A DNA stretch of 63,996 nt, the filler included, from Phoronis australis (lineage: Eukaryota; Animalia; Phoronida): the NCBI GenBank assembly GCA_002633005.1. It is 9 parts of 9 records of this genome, joined end to end, with 100 filler letters (N's around TTAATTAATTAA, not from the genome) between each part and the next. Parts side by side here need not be neighbours in the genome. Positions count along the whole stretch, not along the records: positions 35,646 to 46,203 come from NMRA01001745.1; positions 46,304 to 52,963 come from NMRA01000797.1; 7 more parts are not named here. One strand, 5' to 3'. A model generated the notes under the pieces. It saw only the letters and a program-made list of their open reading frames with translations. It searched no databases and was not told the DNA's origin. A program made the position numbers and the translations under genes. Below, piece by piece: positions 39,574-51,964 of this stretch (its first letter is position 1; every line of letters begins with the position of its first letter).

Positions 39574-39879
39574 CTATAGTGCAGCCATAGCTGACAATCA
39601 TCGAGTTGACCCAGAGTGATTCACACTGCTGTTGAGGTATGTCAACTGTGACTGTACACTGGTGGTGTGGTGCATAGTTGGATGCTATCTCCTGGTGATA
39701 TTTTTCTGCAGGTATTGTGTATTGTGACTGAACGGACCATGGGTAGCAGCCAGTGTCCTGCATCAGTTGATAGGCAAACTCTGATGACAACACATAAATG
39801 TTTTCACCATAACACTGTAGATTTATGCTTCCACTGGAACATATCATTGCTTTCATCACTGTCATGCCTTCAAATGATT
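39574..39879 (-). CDS. 306-nt phase 1-1 exon encoding a SUEL/Gal_Lectin-like extracellular domain
   Basis: Acceptor tatttag, donor gtatga. Reads ICSSGSINLQC..ENIYVLSSEFAY...GC...EIASNYAPHHQCTV...C...NSMIVSYGC, following SUEL spacing (C-x7/8-L-x-C, I-x-V, Y-x-C end). One expected Cys reads Tyr. Confidence 0.65.
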
Positions 39880-42800
39880 CTAAATAAAGTAGTAATAAGA
39901 CGCTTAGAAGTGAATGTTTTAGATATAATATTTCTATTTAACAATTAATTGTGAAAAGTTGTTTTAAAACTTGTCACGTTACATTAGAAGTGATTTTTAG
40001 AACTGACAGTGTCATTATTGGTTGAAAGGACTGCTCGCTCAGCAAGTTCCTTGACCAGGTGGGTCATTTCATGTGCTGAGTATTGCCTTATGCACTGATT
40101 TACTTGCCAGTTCTTCTCAAGCCCAGAAATCCATCTAATCTATGTAAAAAGTTGAGGCCATGGCCGCAGGTTAGTCATGGTAAATGCTCTAAATAAAAGT
40201 TAGTTTTTTAACAGTAGCAAATTTATTACGTAACTTTAAAATATTATGATTGGTGGATTTAGAATATCTTACCTACTCAGAAATGTATTTCTACTTGATT
40301 TTTATAGAAATGAAATTAATTGTTCTTAAAACCTGAAGTGTGTCACTTAGCAGCCTGAAGACCTTGTAGGCCATTGTGTTCAAGCAGAACTTATTAGGCT
40401 GCAAGAGAAAGACAGCTTTCTCAGGGGGGCCTTTTTCATTTTGGGAACTTTTTTTACTCTTCTCTGAAAACCATGGTTTTGGTTTGGTTTTGGGCTGGGG
40501 AATCCTTCATTTCGTTTTAATTGTTTGATAGGATGTTAGGAAGGGTTCACATGGTAACGTTGAGGATAGAACGGCGTACAAGGAGAACGCTAACTGCAAC
40601 TATTTTGATTTTGAATCAGTTGATCACTTGGTTATTGGACACAGTCTTGTATGAGGTTACACTCTGGCCATAATTACAGACTTTTGCCAACTTGTGTTCA
40701 GTGGTCAGGTGAAACCTAATGATTGGTACTGCCACTGGGCTGTGCTGAGATACTTTGCTGTTTCTGCCATGAAAATTCTCTTACCAAAATGTAGAATGCA
40801 CTTCTCAGTATACTAAATAATTGTTAGAATAGTTTCACATCAATATATATGATAGTCAACTTGAAGTGTATATGGGCAAATAGTGTGTCATTGTGGTTTA
40901 TGTACTTATATTGGCTAATATTTTAAATTGCAATGCTAAGTAATGTTTGAATAATAAATGGTTTAAAAATAAGGGTGTTTGTATCAAAAGTTGAATTTAT
41001 GAATTGTTAGATAAAGAGCAGAGAGGTTCTTTGGTCCCCTAGGTGATCAGCTGCTAATGCTTTGTCAAAGTCACCATGAGTATTATAAAGCATGTAAGCT
41101 TTACATTTTGATGTGTAATTAAGTCTGCTAAATGTCTATCAACTGTTACTGTAGCGAACGCTGGGTTGTTTGTAAGTTGCTTTTGAAATAATTAATATTC
41201 TGTTAGAATAAAGTCACGTGACTACCGTGGTCACACAGTTTGTGGTCCTCAATAATTCTATGGTTGTGCTCCTTAGACAAATTAGAGGTGCTTTCAGTTC
41301 TTTGAAAGAGTTTGTGGATTGTTATTGAGACTATGCACTACAAGCTGGCATGTGACATCATGGAGTATAGTCACAGGTAATAATGGATTGCCAGGTCTTT
41401 GTAAACCCAGAAATCACTTCTTTTTTTAAAAGGGAACTACTTGAGGCCAATTTTATAGCAGCATTAGAGCCCAAAATCAAAACTTTGTTTTTTGTGAGTT
41501 GGACAGCTTGGAATGCGGCTTTATTACTCTGTTAAGAACATAATTTTATTCTGAAAAAGAACCTGAACAGTAAACTAGAAAGATTATTGTCACGGCGTGA
41601 CAATAATGGACTCTGCGCATGCGTATTACTGGAATTGTATTGGGAAGTTTAACTGACAGTAACCGTTTACCAATGAAAATGAATTCTTAAAAAGTGTAGG
41701 AGAAATTACATGTTAATATTTTGATGACGTTTCCACTAATTAACCTCTTCCATTGCATTATGAACCCCGACGAGGGAATAATTGTAAACTCAATTTAAAG
41801 TGTGGTTAATGCTAAGAATCACAGATGTTTTACTTTAAACACTTCAGAATACAAGATGAATGAATTGGTCAAACTTTCAGAAGAAAAATGCACCTAATGA
41901 CCCATGGGTGCACCAAATGACCTGAAAACTTAGAATTCAAACTCAATCGCACTTAGTGAACAAATACGTAATTTTGAAGTCTCTAGCTCAAAATTTTAGC
42001 TTGCACCCAATGACCTTTGACCTATTTTTTTCTGATTGGTTAGGCCTATTGCGAAGTAGAGTAGGGTATTCAATTGGCATGTTTACTTACACCAGTGTGC
42101 TGAAATTGAAAAGAATTCCTTGAAAAACATAAGATATAATAACATTTTGAACGTTACATGACCTTTGCACTAATTGACCCTATCCGGTGCATTATAAGCG
42201 TTTTTAGAATTTTTGCAAAGCCCATGAAAAATGTGTTTAATTCTGAGAATCACAGTTGTCTATAACTGTTGACACATCAGAATACTTGATGATTGAAAAG
42301 GTCAAATTTTCAGGAGAAAAATGCACCTAATGACTCCATGTTTGTACTAAATGACCTGAAACTTTAGAATCCGAATTGAATTACCTGTGCCAATCAGACC
42401 TGTGAATTTGAAGTGTCTAGCTCAAAATCATAGTTTGCACCTAATGACCTTTGACCTGTTTAACCTGATTGGATGACCCGATTACTTAGAAAAGTAATTT
42501 TTAAATTGCCTTATTGACTTAAACCTGTGTACCGAATTTGAAAAGAATAGCTTTTAAAATAAAGAAAGAATAGCATTTTGAAAATTATATGACCTTTGCA
42601 CCAAATGATCTCTTCTGGTGCAATATGGAATATGATTATGTAACGAATCAAAATTTATGTACTGTCAAAAATGATATGCTGAATTTAAAGTGTACGCAAC
42701 ATGACTCTAGTACCTCAAAATAAATTTTATTATTATATCTTACTTGATTTCAGTGCCTTTAGTGCACAGCTTATAAAGAAACACGTAAAAATTGAAAAAA

Positions 42801-42923
42801 ATAATTATGTACAACGTCATGGGTTGAACCCAAGCCGTTCGGCACACTGTTCGGATCAGCAACTAAGTGTATAGAGTGAAGTGAACGTAAAGTATATTTA
42901 GCGTCGAGAAGGTTCGTAGAGGG

Positions 42924-43145
42924 ATGAAAAGATGTGTTTTCGGAGGCTGCAGCAACAGCAGTCAGACGGAGAACGTCTCGGTGTTCCGAAGGACGCCAAA
43001 GTTGCGCAGTAGTGGCATCGCTTCGTGCGCCGAACGAGAGTGTGGGACCTCAGCGTGGACCAAGCGATTCTGTCCGGGGCCACTCTGTGTTCTGCCCACT
43101 TTGAGGAGTCGTGTTTCGACTCCAATCAGAGGAGATGTTACGATG
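42924..43145 (+). pseudogene. THAP zinc-finger (transposase N-terminus), frameshifted
   Basis: MKRCVFGGCSN..., a frameshift at ~42985, then PKDAKVAQ*WHRFVRRTR...ATLCSAHFEESCF, giving the C2CH THAP signature with P, W and CSxHF. Confidence 0.88.
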
Positions 43146-43196
43146 AAGGCCTGGTTCAATAAAGGACAATATTTACTATTCAGAAACATCGGCTCT

Positions 43197-43397
43197 TTAT
43201 TCAGGATCGTCTGTTGGATGACTGGGTTGACTGGCCGAGCCCGAGGCCGCTTCTCTCGCGGGAGGATCCAGTTCGTAAGGCCTCAAAGTAGAAAAGTACG
43301 CAGCTGAAAACATATCAAACTCGTTCTCGCTTTCGTGCAACCCCATTTCGTCATCCTGGCCACCATTCTCGTACGTTTCTTCATAGTATTTGTTCAT
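43197..43397 (-). pseudogene. Truncated acidic N-terminus of the Kolobok second ORF (KolX / P2X7-tail-like)
   Basis: Acidic peptide with LRPYELDP, resembling the PY.FEP motif of these proteins (from recall); convergent with the THAP ORF. Confidence 0.5.
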
Positions 43398-44675
43398 TTC
43401 TTGCTCATAATCGTTGTCGCTTTCAAATTCCCTACTCTCCGCCGTTGTTCAATGCTAGTCGCTGATCTCTTGTGTTCAACCCATGATGTCACATGGCGGG
43501 AAATATGAAAATTGGCAAAATTGAAAGAGAAATCAAAATTTCGAGCTAATGACACAAAATAATCATGGATTTGGCTGAATTTTACGTCATACATTTAGTC
43601 TGTGGCCACCGGTAATTCGAAATGTGCAAAAATCCATGGTGTGTACTGTTTAAAGAACGTACCTGCACCCAGTTTGGAGTTATTAAATGTCAAAGTTGGT
43701 CCGAAGAAGAAAAAGAAGAATAAAAATAAGAAGAATAAGAAGAATAAAATTTAAGAAAACCCAGGAACAACAGTACTCTGCACTTGCACGCACAGAGTAA
43801 TAACTTCCCTTGCAATACAAACAGTTATTCCCTATGGGAGATGATAATTTGGCAGGATAATGCAATGGGCGTGATGTTCTGTAGAAAAATGTTTCACGTG
43901 TGTGTTTCGATCTCGTGCTATATAGAGATGACCGACACCCAAGCACGACAAAGGTTGAATGTCTTCATTTTTGTTTTGTGAGTTTTGTAGTGTTTATTTG
44001 TTCAAAAGAGGCAATAAATACATTATTGCTTACCCTCGGTGGTTATTTCCGTGGTGGAACTAAATTATAATTATCCAGATCTCAGGAGAGGTCTAGGTAT
44101 GGGACATAACTACCATACTATGTAATAATCTATGTTGATGTTGAGAGATTTAGTTCTCTTGTAGTGAGGAATTGTGGTGTAGTTTGATATCAGCTTATTT
44201 TGCTCTGTTTTATGTGTCATCAGGTGAAATGAGAAAGACATGTTCATACGATGAAGTGATGCATATTTGCTACAGATAATTTGATGCAACCATATGGTAT
44301 TCAACATTTATAGTTCTGGGGCCCCTTCCAAGAAGCTGACTTAAGTTCATTTTTTGCTTAAGTCTAAGATTTGGCTTAACTTCCATACTTTGAAACTTCC
44401 ACTTCCAGTAAGTTTGTCAAAATTAATACAAAACTTGTATCGAACTCTTAATTCAAACCTAAGATCTCTTTCTTGAAGCGGTCGCGAGACTAATTTAACT
44501 TTTATTTTGAAGTTTACTAATACTTTAGATTTATTTTAGCGAAGTCAGTTTTATTGAAACAGGCCCCAGGTTTCCAAATATTACCAAAGTATAAAAATAC
44601 ACTGTAATGAGTAATCCAGTTTTGAATATGTCATTGTTATATCGTATTAACCTCAAAACACTGCGAAGACAATGA

Positions 44676-45273
44676 TTAAATGATTTCCAAATCCAGATAT
44701 GTTGGTTCTTGGTCAATTCTGTTGATTGTATCCATAGATGGCGCTGATGGTTCAACTGCTTGCTTATCAGATTGCAACTCAAAATAACACGGTTCATTGT
44801 TATTGACTGCGTGCAATTCATATTGTGCTGTATTAAGCTCATGATAGGTTGGATTTGGCTCCATCTGATTGTTTGGCTGACTGTTGTACAAAGCATGCCG
44901 CTCTTCCAAGCTGTCGTAAATGTTTTCTTTTCTCCCCGCCTCATCTCCACGGTAGATGGCATTATCAAACGCCATGTCATTGTTCAGTTCATCATAAACA
45001 TTGTCTTTTTTGTGATTGTGAGCCGCAGCTTCATAAGCAGCTGTATTACTGCCAACAGTGGGATCCTGGTAGTCATGTGACAGTTGTGGATCCTGATAGC
45101 CATGTGTCAGTTGTGGATCCTGGTAGTCATGTGTCAGTTTTGGATCCTGGTAGTCATGTGACAGTTGCGGATCCTGATACATGTTTTCACTGAAGTCTGT
45201 CTCATAGCCTTTATTGTTGTAGGAGGGAGGGATGTTGTCAAACAAACTGTTTTCTTTCGACGATTTTCTCCAC
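44676..45273 (-). CDS. Terminal exon encoding a Tyr-rich cytoplasmic tail of a probable single-pass receptor
   Basis: Acceptor gttcag, basic start (R)WRKSSK, ~198 open codons to TAA. Contains 16 Tyr: five YQDP in 27-bp repeats, PPSY, FDNAIY, NPTY, NVYDEL, NIYDSL and PTYLDL. Confidence 0.8.
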
Positions 45274-46071
45274 CTGAACGGACAACGTAGAGATTTTAAG
45301 CATGATATATACGATTAACGTCTTCAGTCTATTAAGGATATAGATCAATGTCAAAAAATCTTCTATTTTTAAAGTTTAAATAGTTTATTGATTTTGGAAT
45401 ATACATGAAGGTAAAACGTGTCATTCCTAATTAACAACTAGTGGATAAATCTTCACTTATTTTTCTATGTGCTTAATCACAACTCACAGGAATTTTAATG
45501 TACAGTAGGTTCATATTCATGAAATGTTGGCTGTTTTTTCAAATTCTCCACCTGTCAGATTAACCTGCAAACGCCATGTTTTGATNCTTGTGTCGGTTGT
45601 GGATCCTGGTAGTCATGTGTCAGTTTTGGATCCTGGTAGTCATGTGACAGTTGCGGATCCTGATACATGTTTTCACTGAAGTCTGTCTCATAGCCTTTAT
45701 TGTTGTAGGAGGGAGGGATGTTGTCAAACAAACTGTTTTCTTTCGACGATTTTCTCCACCTGAACGGACAACGTAGAGATTTTAAGCATGATATATACGA
45801 TTAACGTCTTCAGTCTATTAAGGATATAGATCAATGTCAAAAAATCTTCTATTTTTAAAGTTTAAATAGTTTATTGATTTTGGAATATACATGAAGGTAA
45901 AACGTGTCATTCCTAATTAACAACTAGTGGATAAATCTTCACTTATTTTTCTATGTGCTTAATCACAACTCACAGGAATTTTAATGTACAGTAGGTTCAT
46001 ATTCATGAAATGTTGGCTGTTTTTTCAAATTCTCCACCTGTCAGATTAACCTGCAAACGCCATGTTTTGAT
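45100..46071. repeat. ~485-bp direct duplication joined at a single N (45586); probably an assembly overlap
   Basis: 45100-45585 is essentially identical to 45587-46071 and duplicates the exon start. Confidence 0.9.
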
Positions 46072-46303
46072 TGGATACCAGTTTGCTATTCTCAAACAAA
46101 AGCATAGTAAGTTTTATAGAACGTCATACTTAAACATTTTTTGATAGCATTTCGACAAAAAATACTTAGCTTTTACGACCTATTATTTGTTTAAAAGTTC
46201 CTTNNNNNNNNNNNNNNNNNNNNNNNNNNNNNNNNNNNNNNNNNNNNTTAATTAATTAANNNNNNNNNNNNNNNNNNNNNNNNNNNNNNNNNNNNNNNNN
46301 NNN

Positions 46304-46378
46304 CGCCCGGACGGACGGACGGACGGACGGAGATGACGGCATAATGCGTCCACATATAAATATGTGGGCGCATAAAAA
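46304..46378 (-). mobile_element. 5' end of HINE family A, cut by the gap
   Basis: (GGAC)n microsatellite followed by GCGTCCACATATAAATATGTGGGCGCATAAAAA. Confidence 0.85.
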
Positions 46379-49300
46379 TGAATCCAGCCAAGATAAACAA
46401 TTACAGTCTGGTCATGCATTATTATGAGGTACTACAAGTTATAATATTGTCTCCATAACAGAAACCTATTTTTCCAAATTTTACATTAATTCATCAAAAT
46501 CCATCAACAAACACACCAAAGATACCAAGGTAAACATAAAAAACATTAAACTGCCACCATAAGGCACAGCTTAGTTTGACCTGAAACTGTCAGCTCCACT
46601 GGAAACTATCTGACAAATTCAACAAAGATAATGCAAATGGTAATAGACATACAATAGCAGGTGCAAAAAACAAAACTGCCGCTAGGAGTACCAGAATAGT
46701 CAAATCAACAGTCTGAAAAGCAACACCACCTACTGTCTTCTCAATAGGAATGTATCTATCAATTTCCATAATGATCCTTAGAGCAGTTTGACAGAAAGAG
46801 AGGGCCACTGGACACTGGATGGTGTAGAACACAACAAATCCATCTCAAAATGGGAAGGCATCATTGTCTCCTAATAGAAATCTGTTTGCCAAATTACATG
46901 AAAATCCATCACAGAACTACAAAAATATGGCCAAAAACGAAAAATATGAAATTTGCAACAAAGGGACACAGAAGTATATGGATTGATTCAAAATTCGTCA
47001 TCATCCTCTGCTTCATAGGAACACACCTGCAGAATCTCACAATATTACTGCAAGGGGGTTAGGAGATACAGCAACAGATGGCAGACGCCTTAGACACAGA
47101 TGACGCCAATATGCACCCACATACAAAGGTGCACAAAATAAGAAAAGTCTGATGAGGGGCAAAGTATAACAATTAGAGAACGTAAACTCTCACTATTTTT
47201 TGACAATTATCGCTAAAAAACTGCAGCTATTTTTGCACACAATTTCTCAAACATAGTCTGATGGAAGCTAAACAACATGCAAAAAATGAAAACATCAGAA
47301 AATTGTACTAAAAACATACGAGACAATCAAGACGCTCATGCGTGACTGATAATGTTTATCAATACAACTAGTGACTTATAAAATATGGCAAGAATGTGTT
47401 TAACAACATAGCTTTATTTAATATCACTTACCCCTCATGCCTTCCACAAAACAGTTAAAGACACTGCAGTGTATGAAAAATCTCAATCGCCTATTAAAGC
47501 CTTGTCATATCCTATGACTATTATTAAGTACTACAAAGAAACTATTAATACATTATTTTATAAGCAAAACACACACCAACGCTGGGCAGGTGCCTATTCC
47601 ATTTTCAACTCTGAAGAAATCGACACGGTGGAACAAAGGCGTCGGGACCATGAACGAGGAGAACAGTCTGGACATGCAATAGTATAAGGTATTACAAGTG
47701 AAATTATTTGAGCAAATTGGTGAACTTACTGAAACTGTTCTGATATCATATTAGACAGACAAACAAATTTTCTTAGGTTTCCCAGTTTGATTTACATTAA
47801 ATTTATAAAAAAGAAAACTATAGTTGTATCAGTACTAAATTATTTCCCCTAAACAAACAAGGGGCAGATTGTTGTTGAAAAGGCAGTCATGCTGTAAATT
47901 GGACAAGAAAAATAAGAACCAAACAATAACGGGCAAGTGTGATATCGAAATATACACAATGTACAGGAATTCACACGCTCAAATTTATATGGGAATACAG
48001 GAATCAGTGGTATAATTATCAACGAGAACAATTTTCGCCAATGTTTTAAAGGTATCTATTATATAAAATGCATCGTTTGCCCTAACTCTGTCTCCCCCAC
48101 TCCACTACAGACCTTCGTTGCGCCCGTTTCGGCACCGCCTTTGTCCCAGGTATTGCACTGGCCCCCTACTTGGATTCCAGGTGTTCTATTTTTTTCTCGC
48201 GGGCCGTTTTTTCATGGATGCGGAGGGAGGGTGGCCAGTTTCGTACTGGCCTTGGTGACGTCAGTTTGTCGGCTCAATGGCCTGGGTGACGTCACTCCCT
48301 CGGCTTAATTTCACTCCCTCCCGGCTTCTGTCACGTATACAATTCATCTGGCCTGTCACTGCCAAAATTAATGATGGCTCATTAAAAAGTCCTTACTCTT
48401 CCTTGAGTAAGCTATATTATTTACCCTGGTGTTGGAAAATTGGCATTCTTCAGCTGGCAAAATTGCGACGCGCTCTTTGAGCACCAATGCGTCACCTGTA
48501 GGCCAATTTCCATGTTATTCAAGCAAATGTGAGGTTGCGTACATGTCATAACAATCGCAAGTGGTTTCATTTCATTACAAGTTTTTACTATTTTATGATC
48601 AGAAAACCAAATTTCAGAAAAAACTCTAAAGAGAAATCGCAAAATTTTCGGGTGCGGGTGCCACAAGTATGCAATGTTTTCAAAACGACCAGACAGATTT
48701 CCTTTGTTACAAAAGGCGAAGAATTACGAAAAATAACATTTATTAGACTGTCTTTTTACTGCTATGAACGGCTATAACGGGGTGAATGTCGGTTCATTCC
48801 CAGATTCTGCATGCATCACTGTTAATTGTTAGCTCTAAGTTTCCCGACAAGGTGACAAGCTGAGCACCAGGGTGTCTAACGAAGCTCTACACACCTACCT
48901 AGCTGTATGTTGACGATAGTCTTCATACAGCTAGCTGGCTGTCTACAGCAGAATGTACATTTTTGATGCAAGTTTTATAAATACATCTATATACTTTGTG
49001 TACTATACAGTATTTTAAATACATTCTTAGTTTTCACTTTAAAGAATATCTGATTACTGTACTTTGTGTTACGGCCGGGTCAAATGTTCTGGAATGAAAT
49101 TTGTACTGCCTGTGGAAAGAATCCCGCAGCCGCACACCTTGCCTACTAAAATCTGTCAGTGACTGAAATTCTGCTTGAAGCTTTGAACACGGCCTTTTCA
49201 AGAAGTATTCCTGTCTCTTGCGATGAACACTAATGTTCGCCCTTAGTCTAAGTATCTCTTCCCTCTGCGTTTCGCACTAGCTGCTACCCGTGCTAACGGC

Positions 49301-50137
49301 TAGTAGTTACTAAGTGTTTCTATCTTTTGAAAAGCCATTCTGTAGATAATAAGTCACTTAGATTTCACTGCCACGAATTTGAATCTCAAACTTCACAAGA
49401 GCAATAGTTGGTAATCCACCAAAAAGGCAAATGCAGGCTATCACCCACTACAATTTTACCTGGCTGTTAAAGTTGTGACTGAAAATTCTTCAAGTACTTC
49501 TCTAATTTTATGTACGGTAAACGCTTTACAACTTAGAGTACAACATGGCAGAGAGTAATATTTCACATCACCAAATTTTTCAGCATAAACATTAGAATAT
49601 GACTCCATACTTAGCACTATTATATAAAATATTACATTTTTATCGTTTTAACAATGTAATCAGCCAGAAATTTGAAAAAAATGCACTAGTAGCACTACTT
49701 TTTGTATGAAATTGAGGTGAGATGTCTCATTGTTGGATAACAATTGCAGTAATCCTGGAGAGAACAAATGATGTCACAGTCAGAGAGGGGTGATACAATG
49801 TGCCAAAGAGAAGTGAGACAGCATGACTCCACCTACTCCACCACAAAAGTTTGCGCATGAACGAGCAAAAAAGAAAAATACTTATCATTTGAAGAAATTT
49901 TGAATGAAACTAGTGTAGAACAAGAGAGAGGGACTATGGAAGACTGTGATGAGAATATATTATTCATGGATGAGCAACTGGAACAATATTCATTGTTCAG
50001 TGAAGCACTGAATCAACAGACAAATGTTTTAGAGCAACAGAGAGTTGATACAGAGGAGACAGGAGCAAGTCAAGTGGGGACAGAGAATCAGGTGCAGTTT
50101 GAGGATACTCAGGTGAAGAAGGTGTGTGATGGTAGAT

Positions 50138-50730
50138 CTCTGTCAGAGGAGGGTCAGATTGTGTGCCAAGTGGAGGACAGTGACGACTATAGATCTGCAA
50201 GTGATTTATCAGTGTATGAAGGCATGTCTCTGTCAGAGGGGGGTCAGATTGTGTGCCAAGTGGAGGACAGTGATGACTATAGATCTGCAAGTGATTTATC
50301 AGTGTATGAAGGCATGTCTCTGTCAGAGGGGGGTCATATTATGTGCTAAGTGGAGGTCAGTGATGACTAAATAGCGTGTCAAAAGTGCCACGTTTTTGCC
50401 ACGTTTTGGCACGCCACATTCGACACGCTATCGCCACGTTTTACACGCTTATCGCCATGTTTGACACGCTAAGCGTGTCAAACGTGGAGTATTGGAACGA
50501 AAATTACACGTTCTTGACACGTTCTTGACACGTTTGACACGCTACATTTTACACGTTTGACACGCCACGTTTTACACGTTTTTAGAGCGTTCCAATACTC
50601 CACATTTTTAGAGCGTGTCAAACGTGTCAAATTCTCACCCGGGAATTAGTTCTGCGAGTTAGCTATCAGTGTATGAAGGCATGTCTCTGTCAGAGGGGGG
50701 ACAGACTGCGCCAAGTAGAGGACAGTGAAT
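50138..50730 (+). repeat. 87-bp tandem repeat (~3.5 units) interrupted by an insertion
   Basis: Unit TCTCTGTCAGAGGGGGGTCAGATTGTGTGCCAAGTGGAGGACAGTGATGAC... It lies in an acidic 149-codon ORF (49900-50349) and resumes at ~50665. Confidence 0.85.
50372..50643. mobile_element. DNA-transposon end fragment with subterminal GACACG/CACGTT repeats
   Basis: Dense TGACACG(T/C)T motifs in both orientations, ending ...AAATTCTCACCCGGG (CCC-type terminus, EnSpm/CMC-like). Confidence 0.45.
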
Positions 50731-51129
50731 GTAACAATTTTGATGAAAAATGTTAGAATTATGTAACGATTTATTATAAATCGAAGATTAAATTTATGAA
50801 CAAATGTGTTAATTAATATCAGTTAACTATTTTGAAAGTCACAAATATTTTAGAACAGGACTTGTTATTGTAAACAACTTGTTGTGGTAAACTTGAGTAT
50901 TGTGCAATTTCTTCAGAAAAGCTTTAGTTCTGTTAAGTTCTCAGTGCAGTTCTGACAAACAGGATATGATCATCAAAATATGTTTTGGAGTTGTCAACTT
51001 TAGGTGGGTTGGAAGAACACGTGACCCTCATGGCAAGAAGGTTGGTTTTCTGACTTGTGCGGACTCTCCCATCTAACAATAACGAAATTAATATAGTTTG
51101 AAGACAGAACCGACAGTAATTCATCTCAC

Positions 51130-51964
51130 ATGATTAGGAATAACGACCAGACGCCGACAAGTGGCAGAAAAAGAACACCAAGCCGAAACTCTACTGAACT
51201 CCGAGCTTCGACGTCAAAAAAATCTCTGAAGCAACCGACAATGGACGCCATATTGACAGGAAAGGGACAAAATGTCACCAAGAAGACTCGGTCATTGAAA
51301 GATGAACTAAAGGAGGCACTCATGGTCTCAGATATCCAGTCACTGTTTACAAACATGATAAAGCCCTTAATTGACGCTGGTTTGTCTGAAATGTATAAAG
51401 CACTAGAGCTTCAATACGATCAAAAAATGGCTGAAATGGATAAAAAAATAACAACACTTGAAAATCAACTCGACAAGCTGAAGCAAGAACGTGGCTCTTA
51501 GATTCACAGGTTGGAATCTGATTTGGATGAGCTTGAACAGTATAGCTGCCAAAACTGCGTTGTAATCAGCCGAATAAAAGAAACTGACAAGGAGTGCAGA
51601 CGACATTGTTATTGGTCTAGCTAAAAGAATTGGTGCTACCGTTGAGAAGTCTGACATATGTCGCAGTCACCGCCTAGGTAAAAAAATCCAAGGTAATGCC
51701 AAGACCAGGTCAATTATAGTGAAATTCACGAATTACAATGCAAGAGCCGAATTCATGAGAAATAAAAAGAAACTGAAAACTGAAGCTGGCAAGATCTACG
51801 TTAACAAGAATCTGACCAAAAAACGAGCACAGTTGTACAAGGCTTGTAGAGACCTGGGTGCCCCGATTCACAGTTGCTGGACATATGATGGAAGAATTTA
51901 TTACAAGAACTGGGCCAATGAAATTAAACCGGTGAGCAGCATGGAAGATTTACAGGGCATCTAA
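51130..51964 (+). mobile_element. Non-LTR retrotransposon ORF1 remnant (L1/CR1/L2-type coiled-coil + RRM + CTD)
   Basis: Coiled coil followed by LDELEQYS..NCVVIS.I.E, DICRSHRLGK, R.IIVKFTNY..R..F, IYVN.NLTKKR..L and WTYDGRIY. Stop at 51499-501, frameshift at ~51595. No ORF2 seen before the gap. Confidence 0.88.

Larger units (their letters stand above)
42685..43653 (+). mobile_element. Kolobok-type DNA transposon, internal-deletion derivative
   Basis: TTAA at both ends, imperfect TIR (AGTGTACGCAACATG / CATGGTGTGTACTGT), THAP ORF on + and a convergent ORF on -. Removing it restores a plausible continuation of the host element (GCTGAATTTAA|AGAACGTACC). Confidence 0.78.
41573..43803 (-). mobile_element. 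Helentron-associated non-autonomous element, family B (interrupted by a Kolobok insertion)
   Basis: Minus strand: 5' TTATTACTCTGTGCGTGCAAGTGCAGAGTA hairpin/subTIR, TTC/TTA microsatellite (43704-43750), two ~430-bp internal tandem units (41800-42660), 3' GCGCAGAGT subTIR, stem-loop ATTATTGTCAC-GCC-GTGACAATAAT and terminal CTAGTT. Confidence 0.8.

Noticed and set aside
45587-45760. Duplicated or alternative receptor-tail exon
   Set aside because: It is part of the single-N overlap and truncated exactly at the N.
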